Positions 18,391 to 27,236 of a stretch of DNA of 57,406 bases are shown piece by piece. A program made the translations under genes and the position numbers. The DNA is taken from the IMG/VR virus record IMGVR_UViG_3300044720_000010, positions 1 to 57,406 of that record. One strand, written 5' to 3'. The notes under the pieces were generated by a model. The model saw only the letters and a list, made by a program, of their open reading frames with translations, was not told the DNA's origin and did not search any database. The first letter of the stretch is position 1. The number at the start of each line of letters is the position of its first letter. This stretch comes from a virus (lineage: Duplodnaviria > Caudoviricetes).

Positions 18391-18556
18391 AGGCAAAACC
18401 TACTACGACGCCACTGCCGATCAGCCCGAGCCCTACCGTCCAGTAAAACGGCTCATCGGAAAACGAGAATGATCCTACCTCTCGTGTACTTATGACCCAC
18501 CCGACCGCCAGCAGTTCAACGCCACACATGAACAGGCCGATGGCAATCCAGATCAT
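18383..18556 (-). CDS. 57-aa two-TM membrane protein (not in ORF track)
   Basis: MIWIAIGLFMCGVELLAVGWV...FYWTVGLGLIGSGVVVGFAYG; fills gap exactly, TGATG overlap with upstream stop. Confidence 0.6.
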   Translation of the reverse strand: MIWIAIGLFMCGVELLAVGWVISTREVGSFSFSDEPFYWTVGLGLIGSGVVVGFAYG

Positions 18557-18759
18557 CAAACCCTCTGTGCGTCAGGATCGTTGCGGGCGATCTCAACCAC
18601 CTTCATCGCCAGCGCGTCACCCGTAGCAACAAGTACGCTTTCAGGGAGTCCGTCAGTGATGAAGTCGGACCAGCTAAGCCCTTGCTTGGCGAACCACTTG
18701 CGCGGCTCGCGTGCGCACATCCCGGCGTCCCGAAGGTGTTTGATGGTTACGATTACCAC
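18556..18759 (-). CDS. Small tail assembly protein
   Basis: HLRDAGMCAREPRKWF pattern; position between hub and tip genes. Confidence 0.75.
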   Translation of the reverse strand: MVIVTIKHLRDAGMCAREPRKWFAKQGLSWSDFITDGLPESVLVATGDALAMKVVEIARNDPDAQRV

Positions 18760-19011
18760 TTACTTTCCTTTGGCGCTCGCCGGCTTCTTGCGAATGGCTT
18801 CCGACTTGAAGTTGCCGGTATGTAGTACCATCCAATCGGAGGACCAGCAATCACCAAAGATTACTGCTTGCGGTGTGCCCTCTTTGTGCTGCGGAAAGTT
18901 GAAGTCGGCAAACGTTGAAGGCTTTGCGTCGGTACTGACCGGCTTCTTCGCTGTGAGCGCGGTAATCGCAAAAGAAACAACGAGAAGTGCGATGGCCCAA
19001 ATGAAATTCAT
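18760..19011 (-). CDS. Small tail assembly protein
   Basis: FNFPQHKEGTPQAVIFGDCW pattern. Confidence 0.78.
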   Translation of the reverse strand: MNFIWAIALLVVSFAITALTAKKPVSTDAKPSTFADFNFPQHKEGTPQAVIFGDCWSSDWMVLHTGNFKSEAIRKKPASAKGK

Positions 19012-20222
19012 CAGAACACCGGATCACCAGAGAACGGACTTTTGCCGGGGGTATCGGGGAAGCCGCCGAAGTTGAGGATGTTGTTGAACTTGTCGTTGCA
19101 GACTTGTCGAGTGCGCCGGCAGCCAGGGAAAAAGTTCAGCGATTGGCCGGGTAACAACCCGAACGTACTGCCAAGCAAGATCACCGTGTCTCCTACGTGA
19201 GACTTGATGCCTCGGCGCTCAACGATACCAGCTCGACGTGGGCGCAGCGGATACAAAGCAAGATCACCGTTATCCTGCAATACCAGCGTGTCACCTATGT
19301 CGCCTTTTGTATCTGTAGCAAACAAGACGGTGGAGCCGGCATACAAGACTAAATTACCGTCTTCTTGCAGAGCGAATGAATCTGCTCCCGATTCAGCCGT
19401 ATCCGTCTGCCATAGCGTAGTGATCTCGTTTTGAGTAAGGATGACATTTCCGTTCTCCAGAAACACCAACGCGAACTCGTTGGACGGACTCCGGACAAAA
19501 TCGGTAGGCCGCATGACATCGCCGGGGTTCATCGCAACCACGCCGTCGCTGCCGATCCCTCCTACATCCGTCCCCGTTCTCCATAGCACGGTGCTTGTAG
19601 TCCACTCCAGATAGCCGCCGTCAAAGTAACCATCTTCCAGCGCGGTCAGACCGGCAGCGGTAATAGAGTTGCCGGTAAACGAACCTATTGTGGTTGTAGT
19701 CTTGAAATCTTCCGGGTTCACCTTGCATTGCGAATCGTACAAAGCGTAGGGGCAGCCCCGAGTCCATGATAGCCGCAGGCCGCCGCGTTTGAACGAAGCA
19801 ACGATCGTGGCGCAAGTTATTCGCACCTTAACTTCGTCGAGCTGCGTCATCCCCGAAACCGTACCAACCCACATCACGCGCGCTTCATTGTCATAGCCGC
19901 TTATTATGCCGGCGTGGAGACGGCGAACGGTGACGTATACGGTATCTGAAGGCGTTGCCCCGGATGTCCTGAACATGGCCGGAAAATCTTCCGTGACCGG
20001 CATCGTGATATTCAGTTCGCTGTTGGTAGCCTCTCCATCCTGCTTTACCCCGTCGTCGGATATTGCGGTTGCGGTATAGAGGTTCCCGTCAGGGTCCAGC
20101 ACGTCAACGTCGATTGCATTGTAGCGCCAATAGAAATTTGCGCCCCCGGACACGCGAAGAAACTCATACAGGAGTATCGGAGACCCGTAAAAGTTGGAAG
20201 TCTCTAATAGTTCAAACGCCAT
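19011..20222 (-). CDS. Tail hub protein (DUF2163/BR0599-like) with inserted B-lectin domain
   Basis: CPYALYDSQC and PGCRRTRQVCNDKFNNILNFGGFP; internal QEDGNLVLY-type repeats. Confidence 0.85.
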   Translation of the reverse strand: MAFELLETSNFYGSPILLYEFLRVSGGANFYWRYNAIDVDVLDPDGNLYTATAISDDGVKQDGEATNSELNITMPVTEDFPAMFRTSGATPSDTVYVTVRRLHAGIISGYDNEARVMWVGTVSGMTQLDEVKVRITCATIVASFKRGGLRLSWTRGCPYALYDSQCKVNPEDFKTTTTIGSFTGNSITAAGLTALEDGYFDGGYLEWTTSTVLWRTGTDVGGIGSDGVVAMNPGDVMRPTDFVRSPSNEFALVFLENGNVILTQNEITTLWQTDTAESGADSFALQEDGNLVLYAGSTVLFATDTKGDIGDTLVLQDNGDLALYPLRPRRAGIVERRGIKSHVGDTVILLGSTFGLLPGQSLNFFPGCRRTRQVCNDKFNNILNFGGFPDTPGKSPFSGDPVF

Positions 20223-20223
20223 A

Positions 20224-22152
20224 TCAAAGCTCCTTCGTGCCTATACTGCGCACGAAAGCCGTTGGCTGGTTCGATCCGAAAATCTCATCCGACGTAACAA
20301 TGTGGTTGCCGTCTTCCAATATAATGTGAGAGTCAGCGTCGGCCGGATTGAAGGTGGTATCGCCCCATGCGACTCCGTTCCGAGGTATCGGTGTTGATCT
20401 AACAAACGGCCCGACCGCGTTCAACTTACCTCTGGCAAACTGAGCGCCAAAGTTACCCGGCCACCCGCAACCGGCGAGGATATAAATCGGTCCTGTTGGT
20501 ATATTGTTTGAGAAATCGAAACCACCGACTGAGGTTTCAGGATCTTGTGTGGGTCCGCCGCTCCCGGTCCATGTGTCCGGACTGCTGGAAGCGTTGCACA
20601 GATAGATCATCTTTTCATCAAGTAACACCAACACTCCAACCCACTGTCCTAACTCTCCGACATCGAATGTGGGCATTCTGTCGGGATAGCCCCAGCCAGC
20701 GTGGCCGCCGCCACCGCTGCCGCCTTTCATAGCTACGAAAGCGCTTCCGGCCAAGGCGGGAAAACTTGTGCTAAAGTCCAACTGTACCGGGTTCGTAAGC
20801 GTGAAATTTTCATCAGCAATACCCACACAGATATTGTACTCGGTCCCCGCATGGATCGGTTGAAACTCAAAGTAGACAACCCGCTGATCACCCTCATCAT
20901 CATCCGTTCCTTCGCCGGAATCATCCTGTCCAGGGAGTGAGAAGGGCGGGTTACGGATCTCCGGAAGGCCACGAAACAGTGTGGTCACGGTAGCCACGCC
21001 GTAGGTATCCGTGTGGTGAACGATCTCGATGCTATCTTGATCGAGCCGACACAGATTCAGAAAACTGATACGCCGAATGGCGCTCATCGGAAGCGCTGCA
21101 TCGAATGCGGACGAAAGGGTGATCCGTTCGGTTGACCCGTCTCCAATTAGCGCCGAACTTAAAACCTGTTTGTAGATCCTGGCGCCACTCCACAAGTGTA
21201 TCAGGATGTGTTCTCGCCCTCGGAACGGACCCTCGAAAGAAGTAAACCCGCACCGCTTCACGTCAAAGCTATGAGAGTCTATCGATATGTTGGCGACTAC
21301 TTCGAAATCCTCGAAAAACGTTGGAACCCATATCGGATACCGTCTGCCTTTCAACAAATAGAGGAACCCACGGATAAAAGCGTGTTTCGCCCTACCCTTC
21401 AGAAAGAACGTGAATTGCTGAACCGTCTGCCCAGCCACGTTCGGTTGAATTCTCGCTCGCTTTCCTGTCTGGTTATCCAGCTCCGCGATGATCCGCTTAT
21501 ATTCATAGGACAAATCGTTTACATCGTTCGGTTCTGTCTCCAGTACAAAATACCCGTTATACAAGCTCAACGTAATCGGAGCCTGCGAAGGGTTGTCCTG
21601 TACCGATGAAAATTTGACCCTGACCTGATACGCTTTATCGGCCTTCCGGTTGGCTTGCGGCATAGCATCGATGCGACATTTCTGCATCGGGTATATCCGG
21701 GTTCCAACCGGCCACGTTCTCGTTAGCGCGGAGCCGGTAATTAGCGTCGTACCGCCTGTGCTCCCAGCGTTCTCCGCGATTTCGTAATCCCAAGGATTGG
21801 CCCCTTGAATAAAGAAGGCCGTATCGTCGTGTAGCTCCGACTCGACGGCTTCAACTTCAAGATACGACGTGCCGGCCGAAGCCGCCACGGTAAGCTTTCG
21901 TATATCGTGCCATATCGGCAGGTAAATATCGGCTCCCCCGACGCGCTCAACGAACATGTCAAACAGCGTCCGGGTGGTTCCGCGCACGGTGAAGGTCATT
22001 TCGAATGACCGGCGTGGCGATGTCCTCATAGAGAACCGCTGCTCGGCACCAATCGGTGACGCCAGGATGCCCGTCATCCATTCAAGAGTTTCGGTGATGC
22101 CATCCGCCCAGTTTGGCGGGATCGACCACACTGGAAGATTTTCAAGTGCCAT
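20224..22152 (-). CDS. Distal tail protein with C-terminal SPRY-like domain
   Basis: PNWADGITETLEWMT...EQRFSMRTSPRR; follows tape measure gene. Confidence 0.8.
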   Translation of the reverse strand: MALENLPVWSIPPNWADGITETLEWMTGILASPIGAEQRFSMRTSPRRSFEMTFTVRGTTRTLFDMFVERVGGADIYLPIWHDIRKLTVAASAGTSYLEVEAVESELHDDTAFFIQGANPWDYEIAENAGSTGGTTLITGSALTRTWPVGTRIYPMQKCRIDAMPQANRKADKAYQVRVKFSSVQDNPSQAPITLSLYNGYFVLETEPNDVNDLSYEYKRIIAELDNQTGKRARIQPNVAGQTVQQFTFFLKGRAKHAFIRGFLYLLKGRRYPIWVPTFFEDFEVVANISIDSHSFDVKRCGFTSFEGPFRGREHILIHLWSGARIYKQVLSSALIGDGSTERITLSSAFDAALPMSAIRRISFLNLCRLDQDSIEIVHHTDTYGVATVTTLFRGLPEIRNPPFSLPGQDDSGEGTDDDEGDQRVVYFEFQPIHAGTEYNICVGIADENFTLTNPVQLDFSTSFPALAGSAFVAMKGGSGGGGHAGWGYPDRMPTFDVGELGQWVGVLVLLDEKMIYLCNASSSPDTWTGSGGPTQDPETSVGGFDFSNNIPTGPIYILAGCGWPGNFGAQFARGKLNAVGPFVRSTPIPRNGVAWGDTTFNPADADSHIILEDGNHIVTSDEIFGSNQPTAFVRSIGTKEL

Positions 22153-22315
22153 CCCGCCTCCGACGAATGATCCGTCTCCGCTTGACTGGCTTGGGTACGG
22201 GACAACCCTCCGTAGCTGTCACAGGAGCAACGGGAACCGGGTCCGGGGTATCCAAGTGGGTCCGAGGCTTCGCGGCTCTCCTAACCCGTTCCTGTGAGGT
22301 TCCCCACGGGGTCAT
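22142..22315 (-). CDS. Possible 57-aa basic protein
   Basis: ATGA overlap with tape measure stop; Arg-rich C-terminus; could instead be structured RNA. Confidence 0.3.
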   Translation of the reverse strand: MTPWGTSQERVRRAAKPRTHLDTPDPVPVAPVTATEGCPVPKPVKRRRIIRRRRDGT

Positions 22316-25300
22316 CCTTTGACGAGCCCCCTTATCGTGGCTGCGTTCCGCACCAGTGTTTGCACGATGACCCGCTCGCCGTGAGCGCTCGCCATTGCGG
22401 CCGGTATCTGGCCTTCGTCCATCACCAGCACACTACGGATATTCACCGCTGACCCGCCGCCACCGTTCATGATGTTGCGCGGGCTGCCGCGAGACAGGAT
22501 CTCCTCGCCACGTTGAAGGATGGCCGCCTGCTCGTCTGGCGCCAGTCCAACCACCTGACCAGAGTGGTAGCGGGGAGCGTTGGTAAACCAGCTCTGTTGG
22601 ACTGGCCGTCGCGGTACGACGGTTTGCCCGACGACACCGCCACCGTGGAATATGAATCCGGCAGCCGATGCACCGGCTGCATCGCCGAAGAAAGTGCCAC
22701 CTGAAGTTAAAGAGAGGCCGCCGCCACTGTCTCCAAACAAGCCCCCGAGTAAGCCGCCAATTCCTCCACCGCCACCGCCCCCACCAATTCCGAATAGCGA
22801 TGATGCCAATTTCAACCCTTCGTACTTCAGAATCGCAGTCGCAATATCCTTTAATAATTGGGCGAAAAATGAGATCGCTGCCTGTTTGGTAGCATCGATA
22901 ACGTCCTTGAATTTTTTCGTCCCTGCGACTAGGCCACCCATCGCCTCGCCGACTGTGTTGAACGCCGTGGTCAAGCCTGTCGAGAATGATTGCTCGACAG
23001 CAGTTTTAATCTCTTTGAACAGTGGCGAGACGTACTGAGCCTGCGACCGGAACTCGGCCACTTTGGCAGTCAGCAACGCGATCTTTTCAGGTGGTAGCGC
23101 CAGCCCTTCGGCCGTCGCCAAGAACTTTTCAAGATTGCTTGCTGCGCCGAGGATCGCCGTACCCGTCAGGTCAAACGCTTCTTTCGTCCTTTTCTCTTTT
23201 TCCGCTATCGTAATATCACCAGCGGCTTCCAGAGCATTATAGGTTTGGACCAGTGTTTGACGGGTTGTTAACGCCTCTTTTCCTGCCGCTTCGTATGAAC
23301 TAAAGGTGGCTTGCCTAAGAGCTGCCGCCCGCTCAACTTCAGTCCGCTTGATAAGACTGTCGTACCGCTCACGGTCAACGGTTGAGGATCGTTCACGCAG
23401 CTTTTCGAGCTGTTTGATCTCGTTGTCGTACCGAAGGTTGACCGCTTCGGTTAATTGGTCAAGTTGAGATTTATTTTGGTTGAGGTTCTGACGGCGAAGT
23501 TCACTGACTTGTTTCTCTGCCGTGTCGAGCTGGTCTTGTTCCTGCTTACGCTTTTGGATATCGGCCCGAGCTTCACCTTCACCGCGTTTGCGGATTGCGT
23601 ACAACTCCTCGTAATTTTCACGGCCGGCAGCAACAGCGTCAGCAACAGCTTTCGAACCGGCAGCTTCAATGGCTACCGCGTTTACTCCGTCCTGTATCCG
23701 CTGTTTTGCATTATCTTGATCGCGTTGGTAAGTCTCCTTGGACTTCTGATCTCTGAAAAGGGCGATTTCTCTATCAATGATCGCCTGAGCTTCGCTTCCT
23801 TTAATGCCTTCATTTTGCAGTCGTAAAAGAATTTCTTCTCGCTTGATCCTTTCTTCCTCGGCCTGACTCGAAGCGCGAACGAGATCAAGTTGACGCTCGG
23901 CATTCCGTAACGCGGTGGCGCCGGCTGCTACCGCCGCAGCGGTAGGCCCACTGGTGACGCCGCCACCGTCGTCAGGTACAATCCGACCGGACGTTGTAGC
24001 CGCCTCACGTCCGCCTATGCTGTAGTGGCCGGCATCCTTGTGGCTGAACGTTGAACCAACGGCGATAGGTAAGCCCCGTTCCGCCGCAATCCCAACCACG
24101 GCTTTGTCCAGCATATCGTACAACGGCCCGCCCGCTGCCATAGATCCCGGAACAGGCTTTCCCGTGTCGTCTACGATCCGAACATCTATTGCTCGACCGG
24201 AAGCGTGCTCCGAGGGCATTCCGGTATCTCTAACCGTAGCACCCGGCCGAAACGTGCTTATCGCCTCGGCTCGATAGCCGGGCGGCAAAGCACTGGTTGC
24301 AGCAGCGAGGATAGCGACGAGAGTTTTAAGCTCCTCCGTGTTTACGGCAAGACTGCCGGTAGAGAACCTGCCTGCTGCTCCAGGGATGGGAGCTGTAACC
24401 GGATCGCCCGGCGCCCCTGTACCCACGGATGGCGTGGTCATGTAACCTGCGGCAGCCCCTACCGCACTACCGACCAGCCCCGCCGCAGTTCTCGTTGGGT
24501 AGGTTATGACGCTAAGATAACCACTGATAATCTTTAACGCAGCCTGAACTTTGGGACCATCAAGAGTGCTGACAAAACGATCTACAGCTTCGATACCTTT
24601 CGAAAGACCGTCAACAAGACTCGTAACATTCGTGATGACAGAATTAAACGCGCTGCTCTCACCCAACTTATCGATGAAACTGTTCCACGATGTACGCAGT
24701 TTTATCACAGCCTCATCAAATGGACTTAATTTCTCTTTCCTGGCTTTGTCGTATGTCTCACCAAGGAGACGAAGAATCTCAATTTGGGCTTGCTGCTCTT
24801 TTCCCGCGAGAAACAGCCCACGAATGTACTCTGCGTTCTTCGCCCCGATCGCCGGGTACACAGCAACGAGTCGATCAAATGCCTCAATGCCACCGGATAT
24901 CCCGGTAGTCAGATCCTTCATCGCTTCCGGCACAGTCTTGCCGGTAACAAGAGCCATCGCCTGAGCCGCCAAAGCGACTTCTCGCAGCTTATCCGGACGA
25001 ACGTTCGCGTCAAGCGCGGTTCGAATAGCTTTCCCGGCATCATCCCAAGCCACGCCGAGATCGCGAAGTTCTTTCCGTAGAGTGGTAAGAGATCCTACGT
25101 TTTGATCGGCTGCATACTTATTGGCCGTCAGAAGCGCGGTAAATTCCCGGTTTGATGACAGCGTTTGTAAACGCGCCGTCAGCGCCTCAACCCCAACAGT
25201 CACCGCGCCAACAGCCACAGCCACAACTGGAAGCCAGCGTAGAGCGGCCATCCCGAAGATTTGAAAAAACTGTCCGCCCTGCTGAGCGAGTATTTGAATC

Positions 25301-26481
25301 CCGCCTTGACCGGACGCGAGCCCGGTCAGCACGTCGTTTACTTGGTATCCGAGATTCGTCAACTCATACGGACGAAGCCCAAAAGCTCCGACAGGAGCGG
25401 CAGCGCCTCGGGCGGACCCTGTAGCTGCCGCTGTTGCTCCCGGTACGGTTGCTGCCGGTGCTGCTGCCTGCGCCCTTTGTGCCTGCCGGATGGCGTCTAC
25501 GGTGGCCCGAGCTGCGGCAGTCTCATCCGCCACCCGCTGTCTCGTAAGGGCGCGCGTTTCATCGTTGAACTTTCTGACGGATGCCAATACGGCATCACGC
25601 GCTATAATTTGTTCTCTGGTCTCCTTTTGAGCGGCTTGTATCCGCTGAACCGTAGCGTCCCGTTCAATTGCTATTCGTTTTGCTGCTGCATCGCGATCGG
25701 CGTCTACCCTCGCCCGCGTAGCCGCGAGAGCTTCGTCGTAGTCACGCTTTTGCGCGGCGGCCGACTCAGCGTTGCGCCGCAATGCGTCTTGGTACTGCCG
25801 TTGCCCTTCACTTGCCATCTTCGCTCGGGCGTCGGCTTGGGCGCGTAGCGAAGTGGTTAGTCTCTCTTGCTCGGCCCGCTCGGCGACAGCCGCCTCTTTG
25901 GCTAGGCGCTGATTTCGCGTCAGGTCAAGTAGCGCTGCGCTGAGCTTGGTACGCCCCTGGCCGGTCTGTTCAGCCACAGCATTAAGGTCGCGCTCGGCTT
26001 GCGCGAGGTTGGCGGTATCGACACCAACTTTCCGCAGCGCTTCACCGATACGATCGTACTCGGCTTTCTGTTTGGTGAGGGCGGCTTCGGCTTTCTCATA
26101 GGCTGTTACCAGCCCTGATAGCTTCCCCTCTGCCTTCGCGGTAGTATCGCTCGACGCCTCTAACGATTGTCTGTAGTCGGTGAGCTTCTTACGAGTCGCC
26201 TCAACTCGCGCTTCGTTCTGCGCCAGGACGGTATCGAAGTTCTTGTATCGGCCGATCAGAGCGTCAAGGCCGGCGAGGTTTCGCGCCGCCTGATCGAGCT
26301 TCGTCAGAGAGGACGCCAGCTCGCGTTCTTTAATCTCAGCCCGGTTGGCCGCACCGATCTGAGCGTCAAGCGCTTCCGTGATAAGCTTGACGCCATCAGC
26401 GACTTGCTTGAACCCGGCTGTCGATAAGTTCTCGACGCGGACCCGTAGCAAGACATCCCGTGAGGTTCCACGATCGCTCAT
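22312..26481 (-). CDS. Tape measure protein with internal M15-like peptidase domain
   Basis: 1389 aa, helical; lambda-type GYQVNDVLTGLASGQ..AQQGGQ; SEHASGRAID; FHGGGVVG and YHSG C-terminal motifs. Confidence 0.92.
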   Translation of the reverse strand: MSDRGTSRDVLLRVRVENLSTAGFKQVADGVKLITEALDAQIGAANRAEIKERELASSLTKLDQAARNLAGLDALIGRYKNFDTVLAQNEARVEATRKKLTDYRQSLEASSDTTAKAEGKLSGLVTAYEKAEAALTKQKAEYDRIGEALRKVGVDTANLAQAERDLNAVAEQTGQGRTKLSAALLDLTRNQRLAKEAAVAERAEQERLTTSLRAQADARAKMASEGQRQYQDALRRNAESAAAQKRDYDEALAATRARVDADRDAAAKRIAIERDATVQRIQAAQKETREQIIARDAVLASVRKFNDETRALTRQRVADETAAARATVDAIRQAQRAQAAAPAATVPGATAAATGSARGAAAPVGAFGLRPYELTNLGYQVNDVLTGLASGQGGIQILAQQGGQFFQIFGMAALRWLPVVAVAVGAVTVGVEALTARLQTLSSNREFTALLTANKYAADQNVGSLTTLRKELRDLGVAWDDAGKAIRTALDANVRPDKLREVALAAQAMALVTGKTVPEAMKDLTTGISGGIEAFDRLVAVYPAIGAKNAEYIRGLFLAGKEQQAQIEILRLLGETYDKARKEKLSPFDEAVIKLRTSWNSFIDKLGESSAFNSVITNVTSLVDGLSKGIEAVDRFVSTLDGPKVQAALKIISGYLSVITYPTRTAAGLVGSAVGAAAGYMTTPSVGTGAPGDPVTAPIPGAAGRFSTGSLAVNTEELKTLVAILAAATSALPPGYRAEAISTFRPGATVRDTGMPSEHASGRAIDVRIVDDTGKPVPGSMAAGGPLYDMLDKAVVGIAAERGLPIAVGSTFSHKDAGHYSIGGREAATTSGRIVPDDGGGVTSGPTAAAVAAGATALRNAERQLDLVRASSQAEEERIKREEILLRLQNEGIKGSEAQAIIDREIALFRDQKSKETYQRDQDNAKQRIQDGVNAVAIEAAGSKAVADAVAAGRENYEELYAIRKRGEGEARADIQKRKQEQDQLDTAEKQVSELRRQNLNQNKSQLDQLTEAVNLRYDNEIKQLEKLRERSSTVDRERYDSLIKRTEVERAAALRQATFSSYEAAGKEALTTRQTLVQTYNALEAAGDITIAEKEKRTKEAFDLTGTAILGAASNLEKFLATAEGLALPPEKIALLTAKVAEFRSQAQYVSPLFKEIKTAVEQSFSTGLTTAFNTVGEAMGGLVAGTKKFKDVIDATKQAAISFFAQLLKDIATAILKYEGLKLASSLFGIGGGGGGGGIGGLLGGLFGDSGGGLSLTSGGTFFGDAAGASAAGFIFHGGGVVGQTVVPRRPVQQSWFTNAPRYHSGQVVGLAPDEQAAILQRGEEILSRGSPRNIMNGGGGSAVNIRSVLVMDEGQIPAAMASAHGERVIVQTLVRNAATIRGLVKG

Positions 26482-26798
26482 CGCATATCCTCTAGGGTCT
26501 GCTGAAGGTGATTACCTCCCGCAACCACGTCTACGATAGCCGACCGGATCAGGATCGCCTCGGTAGCCATTCGGTTAAGGTCGTGGTCGCGGGCGATTTC
26601 AACCTCCGTCCATAGCATCGCCAGGGGGAAGCTCCACACGTCGCTCCGGGTATTACCGTGACGAACTAAAAGCGCCGCGTCTCTCCGAAACCCTTTATAC
26701 AGCTCGACAATAGGGCTCTCCCTTACGCTGCCGCCGCTTCTGTCGTCGGGGGGAGTATCCCGCGAATCAGTCTCACCACGTCGGCGACGAATTTTTTT
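26478..26798 (-). CDS. Tail assembly chaperone frameshifted (gpT-like) extension
   Basis: -1 frame open from A AAA AAA (26792-26798) to TGA overlapping the tape measure ATG. Confidence 0.8.
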   Translation of the reverse strand, partial: KKIRRRRGETDSRDTPPDDRSGGSVRESPIVELYKGFRRDAALLVRHGNTRSDVWSFPLAMLWTEVEIARDHDLNRMATEAILIRSAIVDVVAGGNHLQQTLEDMR

Positions 26799-27157
26799 AC
26801 GGCAGCCGCATCAACAAACGTCAGGTCGCCGATCGCCTGAAGGATTTCCGTTTGGACCGGCAGAGGCAATTTGGACGCCATATCCTGTTGCTCGTACTCG
26901 TCTGCGCACATCGCAATGATGTTGGATGCGACAAGCGGGCTTTCCCGAATAACCTCCATCACCGTATCGATGATGATCTCAGGGTTGGAGAAGTCGAGAT
27001 CGGCACGAGTGCGAAGCATGGTGATAATGCGGTCGATCGCGTATTGGTGCGAGTCAACGATGATCGCGACATCTTGAAGCGTGATCCCGCGAACCTCTAC
27101 ATCGCCACCGTCAAACACGATCTTGCGTCTCGGTATGCGGACTTCCGATAATGGCAT
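26723..27157 (-). CDS. Tail assembly chaperone (gpG-like)
   Basis: Between tail tube and tape measure genes; VRGITLQDV motif; slippery site. Confidence 0.85.
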   Translation of the reverse strand: MPLSEVRIPRRKIVFDGGDVEVRGITLQDVAIIVDSHQYAIDRIITMLRTRADLDFSNPEIIIDTVMEVIRESPLVASNIIAMCADEYEQQDMASKLPLPVQTEILQAIGDLTFVDAAAVKKFVADVVRLIRGILPPTTEAAAA

Positions 27158-27236
27158 GGGTTCCTCCCCGGTGAGCGCCGGCTGTTTAAGGCACAGCCGG
27201 CAAAGCCTCCGATCAGCAGCGTCCGAGGAGGAAACC

